A stretch of DNA of 64,000 nucleotides, taken from an uncultured beta proteobacterium. GTDB taxonomy: Bacteria > Pseudomonadota > Gammaproteobacteria > Burkholderiales > SG8-39. This document shows, in pieces, positions 1 through 8,298 of this stretch. The translations under genes were made by a program, and so were the position numbers. The stretch is from assembly GCA_963827555.1 (NCBI GenBank), contig CAWHBL010000029.1, positions 45,054 through 109,053 of the forward strand, written 5' to 3'. How positions within the stretch are numbered: position 1 is the first letter of the stretch; the number at the start of each line of letters is the position of its first letter. Below the pieces are notes generated by a model that was not told where the DNA came from, made no database searches, and saw only the letters and a program-made list of their open reading frames with translations.

Positions 1-324
1 GCGCACCTGCGTGCGCGCCGGATCGTAGGCGATGAACGCGACGTCCCATTCGCCGCGCGCCGCGCTGTCGAGCACGGCGGACGCGTTCTGGTACCCGACC
101 GCGACGAACTCGGCGCCCAGGTCCCGCGCCAGCGCGCGCGCAAGGTCGACGGCGATGCCTGTCGGCTGGCCGTCCTGCATGCGCACCAGCGCGGGATTGC
201 CGTAGAGGAGCGCGACGCGGAGCTTGCCGTTCGTGACCAGCAGCCGGGACGGATCGGGCGCCGGCGGCGTCACGCACGCCGCCACGAGAGCGGCGGCGAG
301 CGCGATCAGGGCGCGGCGCCTCAC
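1..324 (-). CDS. Periplasmic substrate-binding protein, SBP family 3 (amino-acid ABC type); 5' part only, gene runs off the window edge
   Basis: My own reverse-strand translation from GTG at 324: MRRRALIALAAALVAACVTPPAPDPSRLLVTNGKLRVALLYGNPALVRMQDGQPTGIAVDLARALARDLGAEFVAVGYQNASAVLDSAARGEWDVAFIAYDPARTQVR. Signal/lipobox-like N-terminus and a G-IAVDLA motif typical of SBP_bac_3. Not listed in the ORF track. Confidence 0.6.
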   Translation of the reverse strand, partial: MRRRALIALAAALVAACVTPPAPDPSRLLVTNGKLRVALLYGNPALVRMQDGQPTGIAVDLARALARDLGAEFVAVGYQNASAVLDSAARGEWDVAFIAYDPARTQVR

Positions 325-355
325 CGGCCGTCCTCCGGCAGCGCGCCCAGCGCGC

Positions 356-1924
356 TCAGAACGCCGGCTTGAACAGGAACGCGAGCGTGTACTCGTCGAT
401 CCGCGGCGTGTAGGTCACGCCCTTCCGCGTCGCCCAGGTGTTGATCTGGTGGTGGATCGGAATGATGCCGAGCTCGGTCATCGCGATGCCGACCGCCTCC
501 TGGATCTGCTTCTCGCGGCTCTTGTCGTCGATCGTCGCGAGCGCCTTGTCGAGGAGATCGTTGACCCGCTGGTTGCCGTAGCGGCCCCACGCGAACTCGC
601 CCCAGCCCTTCTCGGGGATGTAGGTCACGAGGTGGGCGCGCAGCGGCGACGACGCCTCCGCGGTGGACGCGCCCCAGCCGAGCATCGCGAAGCTGAACTC
701 GAGCTTGCGCGCGCGCGCGAGGTAGACGCTCATCGGCATCGTCTCGACCTTGGTCTGGATGCCGGCCCGCGTGAGCATCTGCGCGACCGTCTGCATGATC
801 TGGTCGTCGTTGACGTAGCGGTTGTTCGGGCCGTGGATCGTCATCGCGAAGCCGTTCGGATAGCCGGCGTCGGCGAGCAGCTTCTTCGCCGCGTTCAGGT
901 CGTAAGCGTCGGGCTTGAGCGTCGGGTTGTGGCCGAACATCGGCGCGGGAACGAGGTTCGACGACGGGACCGCCAGGCCTTCCATCAGCCGATCCCTGAT
1001 CGCGTTGCGGTCGATCGCCTTCGAGATCGCCTGGCGCACGCGCAGGTCCTTGAGCGGATTCTTGTCGAGCGGCTTGCCGGACTTGTCGAACACGAACGGC
1101 GACGGGTCGCGGAACTGGTCGACGTGATAGAAGATGATGCGGTGCGACGTCTTCGTCGACGTCTGATAGGCGGCGTTCGCCTTGAGCTTCGCGAAGTCGG
1201 GCGTCGGGATGTTCTCGATCGCGTCGACGTCGCCGGAGAGCAGCGCCGCGACGCGCGTCGGGTCGCTCGGGATGATGCGGAAGGTCACCTTCTGCCACGC
1301 CGGCTTCGGACCCCAGTACGCGTCGTTCCGCGCCATCTCGACCCGGTCGCCGCGCTTGAACGACACGAACTTGAACGGTCCGGTGCCGTTCATCGCTTTC
1401 CCCGAGTTGAAGTCGGGGGTCGAGGCGCCGGTCGCCGTCTTCTTCGAGACGAGGTAGATCGTGCTGATGTCGTTCGGCAGTTGCGGGGCGGGCGTGGCGG
1501 TGACGAAGCGGATCGTGACCGGATCGACGATCTGGACCTGCTTGATCGCCTTCGTGTAGGTCGTGAACGGCCCCGGCGAATCGGGGATCTTGCCGACGCG
1601 CTCGATCGAGAACGCCACGTCCTCGGCGGTGAAGTCGGAGCCGTCGTGGAACTTGACGCCCTTGCGCAGCTTGAACTCCCAGGTCGTCGGGTTCACCGCC
1701 TGCCACGACTCGGCCATCGCCGGGATCAGCCGCGAGTCGGGGTCGAGGGTGATCAGCTTGTCGAAGAAGTGTTCGGCGATGTTGTTGTTCGGGAAGAGGT
1801 TGACGAAGTGCGGGTCCATCGAGGTCACGTCGGCGCCCATGCCGATCTTGATTTCCTGGGCGTTGGCGCCGATGGCGAAGCTCGCCGCTAGGGCGAGCAG
1901 GGTGCGGCGGAGAGTGTTGGACAT
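356..1924 (-). CDS. ABC transporter substrate-binding protein, SBP family 5 (peptide/nickel/opine type)
   Basis: 522-aa ORF with signal peptide MSNTLRRTLLALAASFAIGANA and family-5 motifs WEFKLRKGVKFHDGSDFTAEDV and RNDAYWGPKPAW. Clear paralogue of the ORF at 6723..8282 (more than half identical by eye). No permease or ATPase genes adjacent. Confidence 0.9.
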   Translation of the reverse strand: MSNTLRRTLLALAASFAIGANAQEIKIGMGADVTSMDPHFVNLFPNNNIAEHFFDKLITLDPDSRLIPAMAESWQAVNPTTWEFKLRKGVKFHDGSDFTAEDVAFSIERVGKIPDSPGPFTTYTKAIKQVQIVDPVTIRFVTATPAPQLPNDISTIYLVSKKTATGASTPDFNSGKAMNGTGPFKFVSFKRGDRVEMARNDAYWGPKPAWQKVTFRIIPSDPTRVAALLSGDVDAIENIPTPDFAKLKANAAYQTSTKTSHRIIFYHVDQFRDPSPFVFDKSGKPLDKNPLKDLRVRQAISKAIDRNAIRDRLMEGLAVPSSNLVPAPMFGHNPTLKPDAYDLNAAKKLLADAGYPNGFAMTIHGPNNRYVNDDQIMQTVAQMLTRAGIQTKVETMPMSVYLARARKLEFSFAMLGWGASTAEASSPLRAHLVTYIPEKGWGEFAWGRYGNQRVNDLLDKALATIDDKSREKQIQEAVGIAMTELGIIPIHHQINTWATRKGVTYTPRIDEYTLAFLFKPAF

Positions 1925-2077
1925 GTTGTGGTCCCCCGAGAGGTGTGGCGAGGCAAGGATTATAGGCGGGGGGTCGTCTGGTTGCGAGACATCTCCCGGG
2001 GCAGAGTGAAAGAACTACGCTGACCATGTGGAACGGAACTTTCCGTGCCGCTTCTGCTCCCTCATAGGGAGGGCACC

Positions 2078-4588
2078 ATGAGCGCGGAATACTTCTCGGT
2101 CTTGCGTCAACAGATGCTCGCGGAGATTGCCGCCGAGGCGATTTACGTGAGCGCGCGGCTCGGCAAAGCGGCCCTGGACCCTCGGGTCATGGAAGTCATG
2201 GGCGAGGTGCTGCGGCACGAGTATGTGCCGGTCGAGCTGCAGCCTTACGCCTATGCCAACGTTCCGCTCCCGATCGGCTTCGACAAGACGATCTCGCAGC
2301 CGTTCATCGTCGCGTTGATGACGGATCTGCTCGATATCCGCGCGGATGAAACGGTTCTCGAGATCGGTACTGGACTCGGCTATCAGGCGGCGATCCTCGC
2401 GGAGCTGGCGCGGAAGGTCTACAGCGTCGAAATCATCGAAGAGCTCGCGCGCCAAGCGAAGCGACGGCTCGGCCGACAGGGCTACGCCAACATTGAGCTC
2501 AGAGTTGGCAACGGCTACTACGGCTGGCCAGAGCACGCCCCGTTCGATAAGGTGATCGTGACGGCGGCACCCGACCTGATTCCCGCGCCGCTGATCCACC
2601 AGCTGAAGGCAGGCGGCAAAATGGTGATCCCCGCCGGCTTGCCCGAGGCGCAGCAACTCGTCCTGGTCGAGAAAGACCGCCAGGGCCAGGTGACGACGAA
2701 GGAAATCCTGCGGGTGCGGTTCTCGGAGCTCGAGGGAGCTGACCAGGCTGAGCGCTACGCTACGCTCCGGACAAGGAGGCCCGTGGATCTCGCAGCAAGA
2801 GACTTCGTATTCGCCGGCACGCTCGACGAGCTCAAGGCCGAGGGTCGGCGCCTCGTCCGCGGCGCGCACCCTCCGATCCTCGTCGTCTACGACCGTGGCC
2901 GGGTGTTCGCACTGGACAACCGATGCCCGCACATGGGCTTCCCGCTGCACAGGGGGACCGTGGACGACGGCATCCTGACCTGCCACTGGCATCACGCCCG
3001 CTTTGACGTCGAGAGCGGCTGTACCTTCGACCTGTGGGCAGACGACGTGCCGACTTGCCGGGTCGACGTCCGTGACGGCGAGGTCTGGGTGAGCCCCGTC
3101 TTCGGCTTCCTCGACCCGCCCGCCCACTGGCGCCGGCGCCTCGCCGACGGCATGGCGCACAACCTCGGCCTGGTGATCGCCAAGTCGGTTCTTGGGCTGC
3201 TCGCAGCGCGCGTGGCGCCGATCGAGATCGTGCGCCAGGCGGCGGTGTTCGCCGGACGCAATCGCGACGGCTGGAGCACGGGACTTACGATCCTTACAGC
3301 CCTCGGCAGCCTGTTGTCGTTGCTGCCCGAGGAGGAGAGCTACCTTGCGCTGTTCCATGGCGTGCGTCGGGTGGCCACCGACTGCGACGGTGAGTCTCCC
3401 CGGCGCGAACGCACGCCGCTTGCTAGCACGCCGGACCTCGCCGCGCTCAAGAGATGGTTTCGACGGTGGACGGCCGTGCGGCATCGCGAGGGTGCCGAGC
3501 GCACGCTGCTTACCGCGATCGCGGCGCGGAGCTCGCCCGCGGCGCTTGCCGACCTCCTGTTCGCGGCGGAGACCGACCGCGCCTTCGCCGACGGCGGCCA
3601 TTCGCTCGACTTCATCAACAAGGCTTTCGAGTGCCTCGACCTGATCGGCTGGGAACACGCGCCGGCCCTGCTACCTACCGTGGTCGGGCAAATGGCAGCG
3701 GCACGCGGGGCGGAGGAATCGACTGCGTGGCGGCAGCCCGTCGATCTCGTCGATTTGCTCAACGACGCGTTCGACGAGCTGCCGGCGCTCTTCGCTGCGG
3801 GCAGGCACCATGAAGTGTGGCGCCATCACGCAGCGCTCTCGCATGTGGTCCTCGCCGATGACCCGAAGGCGGTGGTCGAGGCGATCAAGGCGGCGATTCG
3901 CGCCGGGGCTGCGCCGGCCGACCTGGGGCGGGCGGTCGCCTACGCAGCGGCGCTCCGAGTGGCCCGCTTTGGTACCGCGAACGAACACGCTGACTGGGAA
4001 ACGGCGCACCACGCCTTCACTTACTGCAATGCGGTGCACCAGGCGCTCAAACGGCTGGGGAACGAACGTGTCGGTGAGAACGGATACGTCGAGGCCGTGC
4101 GCGGTGTGTTCCACGGCGCAATGGCGGTCTATCTCGCCCGTTATCTCAACGTTCCGCCCGCGCGGCTGCCCGGGGAGGAGGGCGAGCCACTCGACCATCT
4201 GCCGTCTGGCGCCGACGAGATCCAGGACGCGCTGCTCGAGGCGTTCGATCGCCAGCAACAGGTGGATACCGCTGCGAGGCTCGTCGCCCGTCATCTGCTT
4301 CTCCGCCACCCCCCCGAGGCGCTGATCGGTACGCTCGCGCACGCGCTTCTGCGCGAAGACGCGAGCTTTCATGGGTACCAGATGCTGGAGGCGGGCGTTC
4401 GCCAGTTCCGCGAGTGGGGCAACACCGACCAGGGCCGTCACATTCTCATCGCGGTGGCTCGCTACCTCGCCGCGCACTCGCCGACCGAGCGAGCGATTCA
4501 TCAGACGGCGGACATTGCGCGGCGCCTCATGCGAGGCGGACAACTCCACGAAGAGATCGATATCGGGACCTCGGCTTCCAAAGACTGA
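2078..4588 (+). CDS. Multidomain fusion: protein-L-isoaspartate(D-aspartate) O-methyltransferase (Pcm/PIMT) domain + Rieske [2Fe-2S] domain + ~500-aa domain of unknown function
   Basis: ORF 2045..4588; preferred start is ATG 2078, preceded by GGGAGGG. PIMT motifs DKTISQPFIVALM, VLEIGTGLGYQAA, PFDKVIVTAA. Rieske ligand boxes CPH (2924-2932) and CHWH (2981-2992). C-terminal half not assignable by eye. Uses more A/T-ending codons than neighbouring genes. Confidence 0.85.
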   Translation: MSAEYFSVLRQQMLAEIAAEAIYVSARLGKAALDPRVMEVMGEVLRHEYVPVELQPYAYANVPLPIGFDKTISQPFIVALMTDLLDIRADETVLEIGTGLGYQAAILAELARKVYSVEIIEELARQAKRRLGRQGYANIELRVGNGYYGWPEHAPFDKVIVTAAPDLIPAPLIHQLKAGGKMVIPAGLPEAQQLVLVEKDRQGQVTTKEILRVRFSELEGADQAERYATLRTRRPVDLAARDFVFAGTLDELKAEGRRLVRGAHPPILVVYDRGRVFALDNRCPHMGFPLHRGTVDDGILTCHWHHARFDVESGCTFDLWADDVPTCRVDVRDGEVWVSPVFGFLDPPAHWRRRLADGMAHNLGLVIAKSVLGLLAARVAPIEIVRQAAVFAGRNRDGWSTGLTILTALGSLLSLLPEEESYLALFHGVRRVATDCDGESPRRERTPLASTPDLAALKRWFRRWTAVRHREGAERTLLTAIAARSSPAALADLLFAAETDRAFADGGHSLDFINKAFECLDLIGWEHAPALLPTVVGQMAAARGAEESTAWRQPVDLVDLLNDAFDELPALFAAGRHHEVWRHHAALSHVVLADDPKAVVEAIKAAIRAGAAPADLGRAVAYAAALRVARFGTANEHADWETAHHAFTYCNAVHQALKRLGNERVGENGYVEAVRGVFHGAMAVYLARYLNVPPARLPGEEGEPLDHLPSGADEIQDALLEAFDRQQQVDTAARLVARHLLLRHPPEALIGTLAHALLREDASFHGYQMLEAGVRQFREWGNTDQGRHILIAVARYLAAHSPTERAIHQTADIARRLMRGGQLHEEIDIGTSASKD

Positions 4589-4596
4589 GGCTACTC

Positions 4597-4674
4597 ATGG
4601 CTCATCTTGATGTCGTTTCGGTCGGTGAGCGCATGGTCGAGTTCAACCAGACGTGGGCTCGCGGCGCCGAGTAA
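4597..4674 (+). pseudogene. Remnant of a PfkB-family sugar kinase gene (first ~19 codons only)
   Basis: MAHLDVVSVGERMVEFNQT then WARGAE-stop. Closely matches the N-terminus of the intact kdgK-like gene in this window (MDRQYDIVALGEPLIEFNQT, start 54800 minus strand). Similarity ends abruptly at about 4655. Confidence 0.45.
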
Positions 4675-4918
4675 ACCCGCGGGGAGCGGCGCGAGGTAGG
4701 GCGGGGCGGTCCGAAATAGGCGCTTCGGTAGTGCGCTTCTTCGGCGTCGCCGTCACCACCTCAGAGCTGCGCCCACAGCGACCGGCGCTACTACAGCGGC
4801 CGGTAGCGCCGCCAGGGGCGTCTCGCGCGCCCCAATCGCAAACTTCTGTCAAAGCTCTAGACGCCGCCCACGGCGGTGTGGGACGTTATGCGTCGAGGCA
4901 ACGACGACCCGTACCGCC

Positions 4919-5200
4919 ATGTCCGACACCTTCATGCGCCGCATCCAGCTCGACTTCTCGCAGGAGCTGATCCCGCAGCTCGTCGAGCTGACCGGCGACT
5001 CGGATCCCGAGGTCGCGAAGTGGGCGGCGGAGAACCTGCGAAGCGAGATCGAGATGGCGCGCTTCACCGCGTGGCTCGCGCGCCGCGGCATCGAGCCGCG
5101 TCGTCTCGCGCTCGAGGAGCCGACCCTTTACGAGCAGTTCCGCGCAGCGAGTCGCCCCAAGCTCGCGGTCGTCCGCCGCAGGTCGACGCGCACCAGCTGA
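4919..5200 (+). CDS. Hypothetical protein (93 aa)
   Basis: ORF with very high third-position G/C content like the host genes. No recognisable motif and no obvious Shine-Dalgarno sequence. Confidence 0.5.
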   Translation: MSDTFMRRIQLDFSQELIPQLVELTGDSDPEVAKWAAENLRSEIEMARFTAWLARRGIEPRRLALEEPTLYEQFRAASRPKLAVVRRRSTRTS

Positions 5201-5365
5201 CGCGCCGCCCCGCCCGCTGGTCGCGCTCCGGCGCGCGGAAGCCCGCGTATCATATTGGCGATACGCTCTTACGCCGGGCAGAGGATGTAGGCGCGCGTCC
5301 TGCTTGGGCGCGACGCGGGCTCCGGCGCTGACGCGCCGGGTCAGGCAATGCCGCGGAGCGTCAGC

Positions 5366-5599
5366 TCAGCGGAAGATCCACTCGTGCTCGAGACCTTCGC
5401 CGGCGCCGTTCACGCACACCTTGCTCGGCCGGTTGGCCGACGCCCAGGCTTTCGCGTAAGTGAGCGCGAGGCTCCGGTCGGCGAAGAAATGCGAGTGGCC
5501 GCTCCCTGCGAGCGCGACCATCCACCCGTAGTCCTTGCCGGGTTGGACGAAGACAAGCGTGTACTGCTTTGTGGCGGGGGGTGTGACTGCGGTATCCAT
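5366..5599 (-). CDS. Hypothetical small protein (77 aa), possibly DUF2188-like
   Basis: Within ORF 5366..5692; internal ATG at 5599 preceded by GAGGGAGG. Sequence MDTAVTPPATKQYTLVFVQPGKDYGWMVALAGSGHSHFFADRSLALTYAKAWASANRPSKVCVNG...; the GW-V...G...F......A...A pattern recalls DUF2188 (weak call). Confidence 0.5.
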   Translation of the reverse strand: MDTAVTPPATKQYTLVFVQPGKDYGWMVALAGSGHSHFFADRSLALTYAKAWASANRPSKVCVNGAGEGLEHEWIFR

Positions 5600-5753
5600 G
5601 GTCGGACCGCCTCCCTCATGTAATGCCCCTGGCATAAGCACGAGGCGCTCCACCCGGCCCGTGCGGCGGTGCGGGAACGTAACAGGCGTCACGCCGCGTC
5701 CGTCCGTGACCCGAGTCCGTGCGAAAATCCGCGCCTTCCGGAAGCCCGCCGCG

Positions 5754-6710
5754 ATGGACGAAGAACGCTACCCCACCGAGTATCCGGTTCCCGACATCAC
5801 GCCCTACCGCCGCGGGAACACCGGCATCGACTACGTCCACAGCTTCGACTCGGGGCGGCCCGGGCCGCACGTGATGATCAACGCGCTCACGCACGGGAAC
5901 GAGGTGTGCGGGGCGTACGCGGTCGACCAGCTGTTCCGCTGGGAAACGCGCCCGGCGCGCGGGAAGCTCACGCTCGCGTTCGCGAACGTCGACGCGTTCG
6001 CGCGCTTCTCGGTCGAGCGCCCGGCCGACAGCCGCTGGGTCGACGAGGACTTCAACCGCGTCTGGAGCGACGACAAGCTCGACGGCCCGGGCGCGAGCTC
6101 CGAGCTCGTACGCGCGCGCGCGCTGCGACCCGTCGTCGCGGCCGCCGACCTGCTGTTCGACCTGCACTCGATGCACCTGCCCGCGCCGCCGGTCACGATC
6201 GCAGGGCCGCACGCCAAGGGACGCGAGCTCGCCCGCCGGCTCGGGCTGCCGGCGTTCGTGATCAGCGACTCGGGCCACGCGAGCGGCGCCCGCATGCGCG
6301 ACTACCGCGGGTTCGGCGATGCCGCGAGCCCGAAGAACGCGCTGCTCGTGGAATGCGGCCAGCACGGCGAGGCGGCCGCGGCGCGGACCGCGCTCGACGC
6401 GTCGCTCGCGTTCCTGCGCGAGTCCGGGATCCTGGCGGGGTCCTTCTTCGAGGCGCATCCGGTGCCGGCCCCGGTGCCGCAGCGCTTCGTCCAGGTGACC
6501 CACGCCGTGACGATCAAGACCGGGCGCTTCGAGTTCGCGCAGCGCTACACCGGCATGGAGACGATCGAGCGCGCCGGCACGGTGATCGGGCACGACGGCG
6601 GCGAGCCGGTCACGACGCCGTACGACCACTGCATCCTGGTCATGCCGGCGCCGCTCCGCTACGTCCGGCCCGGGCTCACCGCGGTCCGGCTCGGCAAAGT
6701 CATCACCTAG
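5754..6710 (+). CDS. Succinylglutamate desuccinylase/aspartoacylase family zinc hydrolase (AstE/AspA, M14-like)
   Basis: In ORF 5535..6710 from ATG 5754 (MDEERYPTEYPVPDITPYRRGNTGIDYVHSF...). HGNEVCG zinc-ligand motif and DLHSM motif. Confidence 0.8.
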   Translation: MDEERYPTEYPVPDITPYRRGNTGIDYVHSFDSGRPGPHVMINALTHGNEVCGAYAVDQLFRWETRPARGKLTLAFANVDAFARFSVERPADSRWVDEDFNRVWSDDKLDGPGASSELVRARALRPVVAAADLLFDLHSMHLPAPPVTIAGPHAKGRELARRLGLPAFVISDSGHASGARMRDYRGFGDAASPKNALLVECGQHGEAAAARTALDASLAFLRESGILAGSFFEAHPVPAPVPQRFVQVTHAVTIKTGRFEFAQRYTGMETIERAGTVIGHDGGEPVTTPYDHCILVMPAPLRYVRPGLTAVRLGKVIT

Positions 6711-6722
6711 GGGGAGGAGGCA

Positions 6723-8282
6723 ATGAAGAAGATCCTGGCGGTCCTGGCGAGCCTCGCTTGCGCGGCGGCGCAGGCGCAGTCGATCACGATCGGGCTGGCG
6801 GCCGACGTGACCTCGATCGACCCGCACTTTCACCTGCTCACGCCCAACGCGACGGTCGGCGAGCACGTTTTCGGCCTGCTGATCCACAAGGACGAGAACC
6901 AGCGCTTCAAGCCGGGACTCGCGGTGTCCTGGCGCGCGGTCGACGAGCTCACCTGGGAGTTCAAGCTGCGCGAGGGCGTGAAGTTCCACGACGGCTCGGA
7001 GTTCACCGCGGAGGACGTGGTGTTCTCGCTCGGCCGGCCCGAGACGGTGAAGAACTCGCCCGGCCCGTACACCGTCTACACCAAGGCGATCACCGAGAAG
7101 ATCGTGGTCGACAAGCACACGGTGCGGCTCAAGACCGCGACGCCGTACCCGCTGGTGCCGAACGAGGTCGGGTCGGTGATGATCGTGTCGAAGCGCGCCG
7201 CGCAGAACGCCACGACCGACGACTTCAACACCGGCAAGGCCACGATCGGCACCGGGCCGTACAAGTTCGTGCGCTGGGCCAAGGGCGACCGCATCGAGCT
7301 CGTGCGGAACGATGCGTACTGGGGTCCGAAGCCGGCGTGGGAGCGGGTGACGTTTCGTCTGATCACCAACGATCCGGCGCGTGTCGCGGCGCTGCTCTCC
7401 GGCGACGTGCAGGCGATCGAAGCGGTGCCGACCTCCGACCTCGTCAAGCTGAAGGCGAATCCGCAGCTCCAGCTCTTCCGCGCGGTGTCGAACCGGCTCA
7501 TCTACCTCCACATCGACTCGAGCCGCGACAAGACGCCGATGGTCACCGACAAGGCCGGCAAGCCGCTCGACCGCAACCCGCTCAAGGACGCGCGGGTCCG
7601 CCAGGCGCTGTCGATGGCGATCTACCGCGACGCGGTCGTCGAGCGCGTGATGGAGGGTGCGGCGCTGCCGGCCGGCCAGCTGATGCCGAAGGGCATGTTC
7701 GGGTACACCGACGCGCTCAAACCCGACAAGTACGACCCGGACGCCGCGCGCAAGCTGCTCGCCGAAGCCGGCTGGCCGGACGGGTTCGGCCTCACGCTGC
7801 ACGGGCCGAACGACCGCTACGTGAACGACGAGAAGGTCGCGCAGGCGATCGCGCAGATGCTGCAGCGGATCGGCGTCCAGACCACCGTGGTCACCATGCC
7901 GGCCTCGGTCTACTTCGGGCGTGCGAACCGGCTCGAGTTCAGCCTGATGTTCGTCGGCTGGGGCACCGACACCGGCGAGCCGGCGGGGACGCTCAAGGCG
8001 CTGCTCGCCACCTACGACCGCGACAAGGGGCTCGGCACCGCGAACCGCGGGCGCTACTCGAGTGCGAAGATGGACGGGCTCCTCGCGCAGGGGCTCGCCA
8101 CGGTGGACGACGGCAAGCGCGAGAAGATCCTGCACGAGGCGATCGCGGTCGCCATGGCCGACCGCGGCATCATCCCGCTCTACCACCAGGTGAACGTCTG
8201 GGCGGCGCGGAAGGGCATCGTGTATGGCCCGCGCACCGACGAGCGGACCTACGCGTTCGACTTCAAGCCGGCGGCGAAGTAA
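6723..8282 (+). CDS. ABC transporter substrate-binding protein, SBP family 5
   Basis: 519-aa ORF with RBS GGGGGAGGAGG before the ATG and signal peptide MKKILAVLASLACAAAQA. Motifs WEFKLREGVKFHDGSEFTAEDV and RNDAYWGPKPAW. Paralogue of 356..1924. Confidence 0.9.
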   Translation: MKKILAVLASLACAAAQAQSITIGLAADVTSIDPHFHLLTPNATVGEHVFGLLIHKDENQRFKPGLAVSWRAVDELTWEFKLREGVKFHDGSEFTAEDVVFSLGRPETVKNSPGPYTVYTKAITEKIVVDKHTVRLKTATPYPLVPNEVGSVMIVSKRAAQNATTDDFNTGKATIGTGPYKFVRWAKGDRIELVRNDAYWGPKPAWERVTFRLITNDPARVAALLSGDVQAIEAVPTSDLVKLKANPQLQLFRAVSNRLIYLHIDSSRDKTPMVTDKAGKPLDRNPLKDARVRQALSMAIYRDAVVERVMEGAALPAGQLMPKGMFGYTDALKPDKYDPDAARKLLAEAGWPDGFGLTLHGPNDRYVNDEKVAQAIAQMLQRIGVQTTVVTMPASVYFGRANRLEFSLMFVGWGTDTGEPAGTLKALLATYDRDKGLGTANRGRYSSAKMDGLLAQGLATVDDGKREKILHEAIAVAMADRGIIPLYHQVNVWAARKGIVYGPRTDERTYAFDFKPAAK

Positions 8283-8298
8283 CGGCTACAATTCCGGC

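Noticed and set aside
224-1891. 555-aa plus-strand ORF (and the 568-aa ORF 321..2027) overlapping the binding-protein gene
   Set aside because: Arg/Asp/His/Gly-rich low-complexity translation with no motifs. This is typical of stop-free antisense or off-frame reading in ~70% GC DNA, and the 356..1924 frame has clear family-5 motifs.
8224-8298. N-terminal extension of ribBA (ORF track start 8224) overlapping the binding-protein gene
   Set aside because: The extension is Arg/Ser-rich nonsense overlapping the 3' end of 6723..8282. The conserved RibB sequence begins right after ATG 8299.
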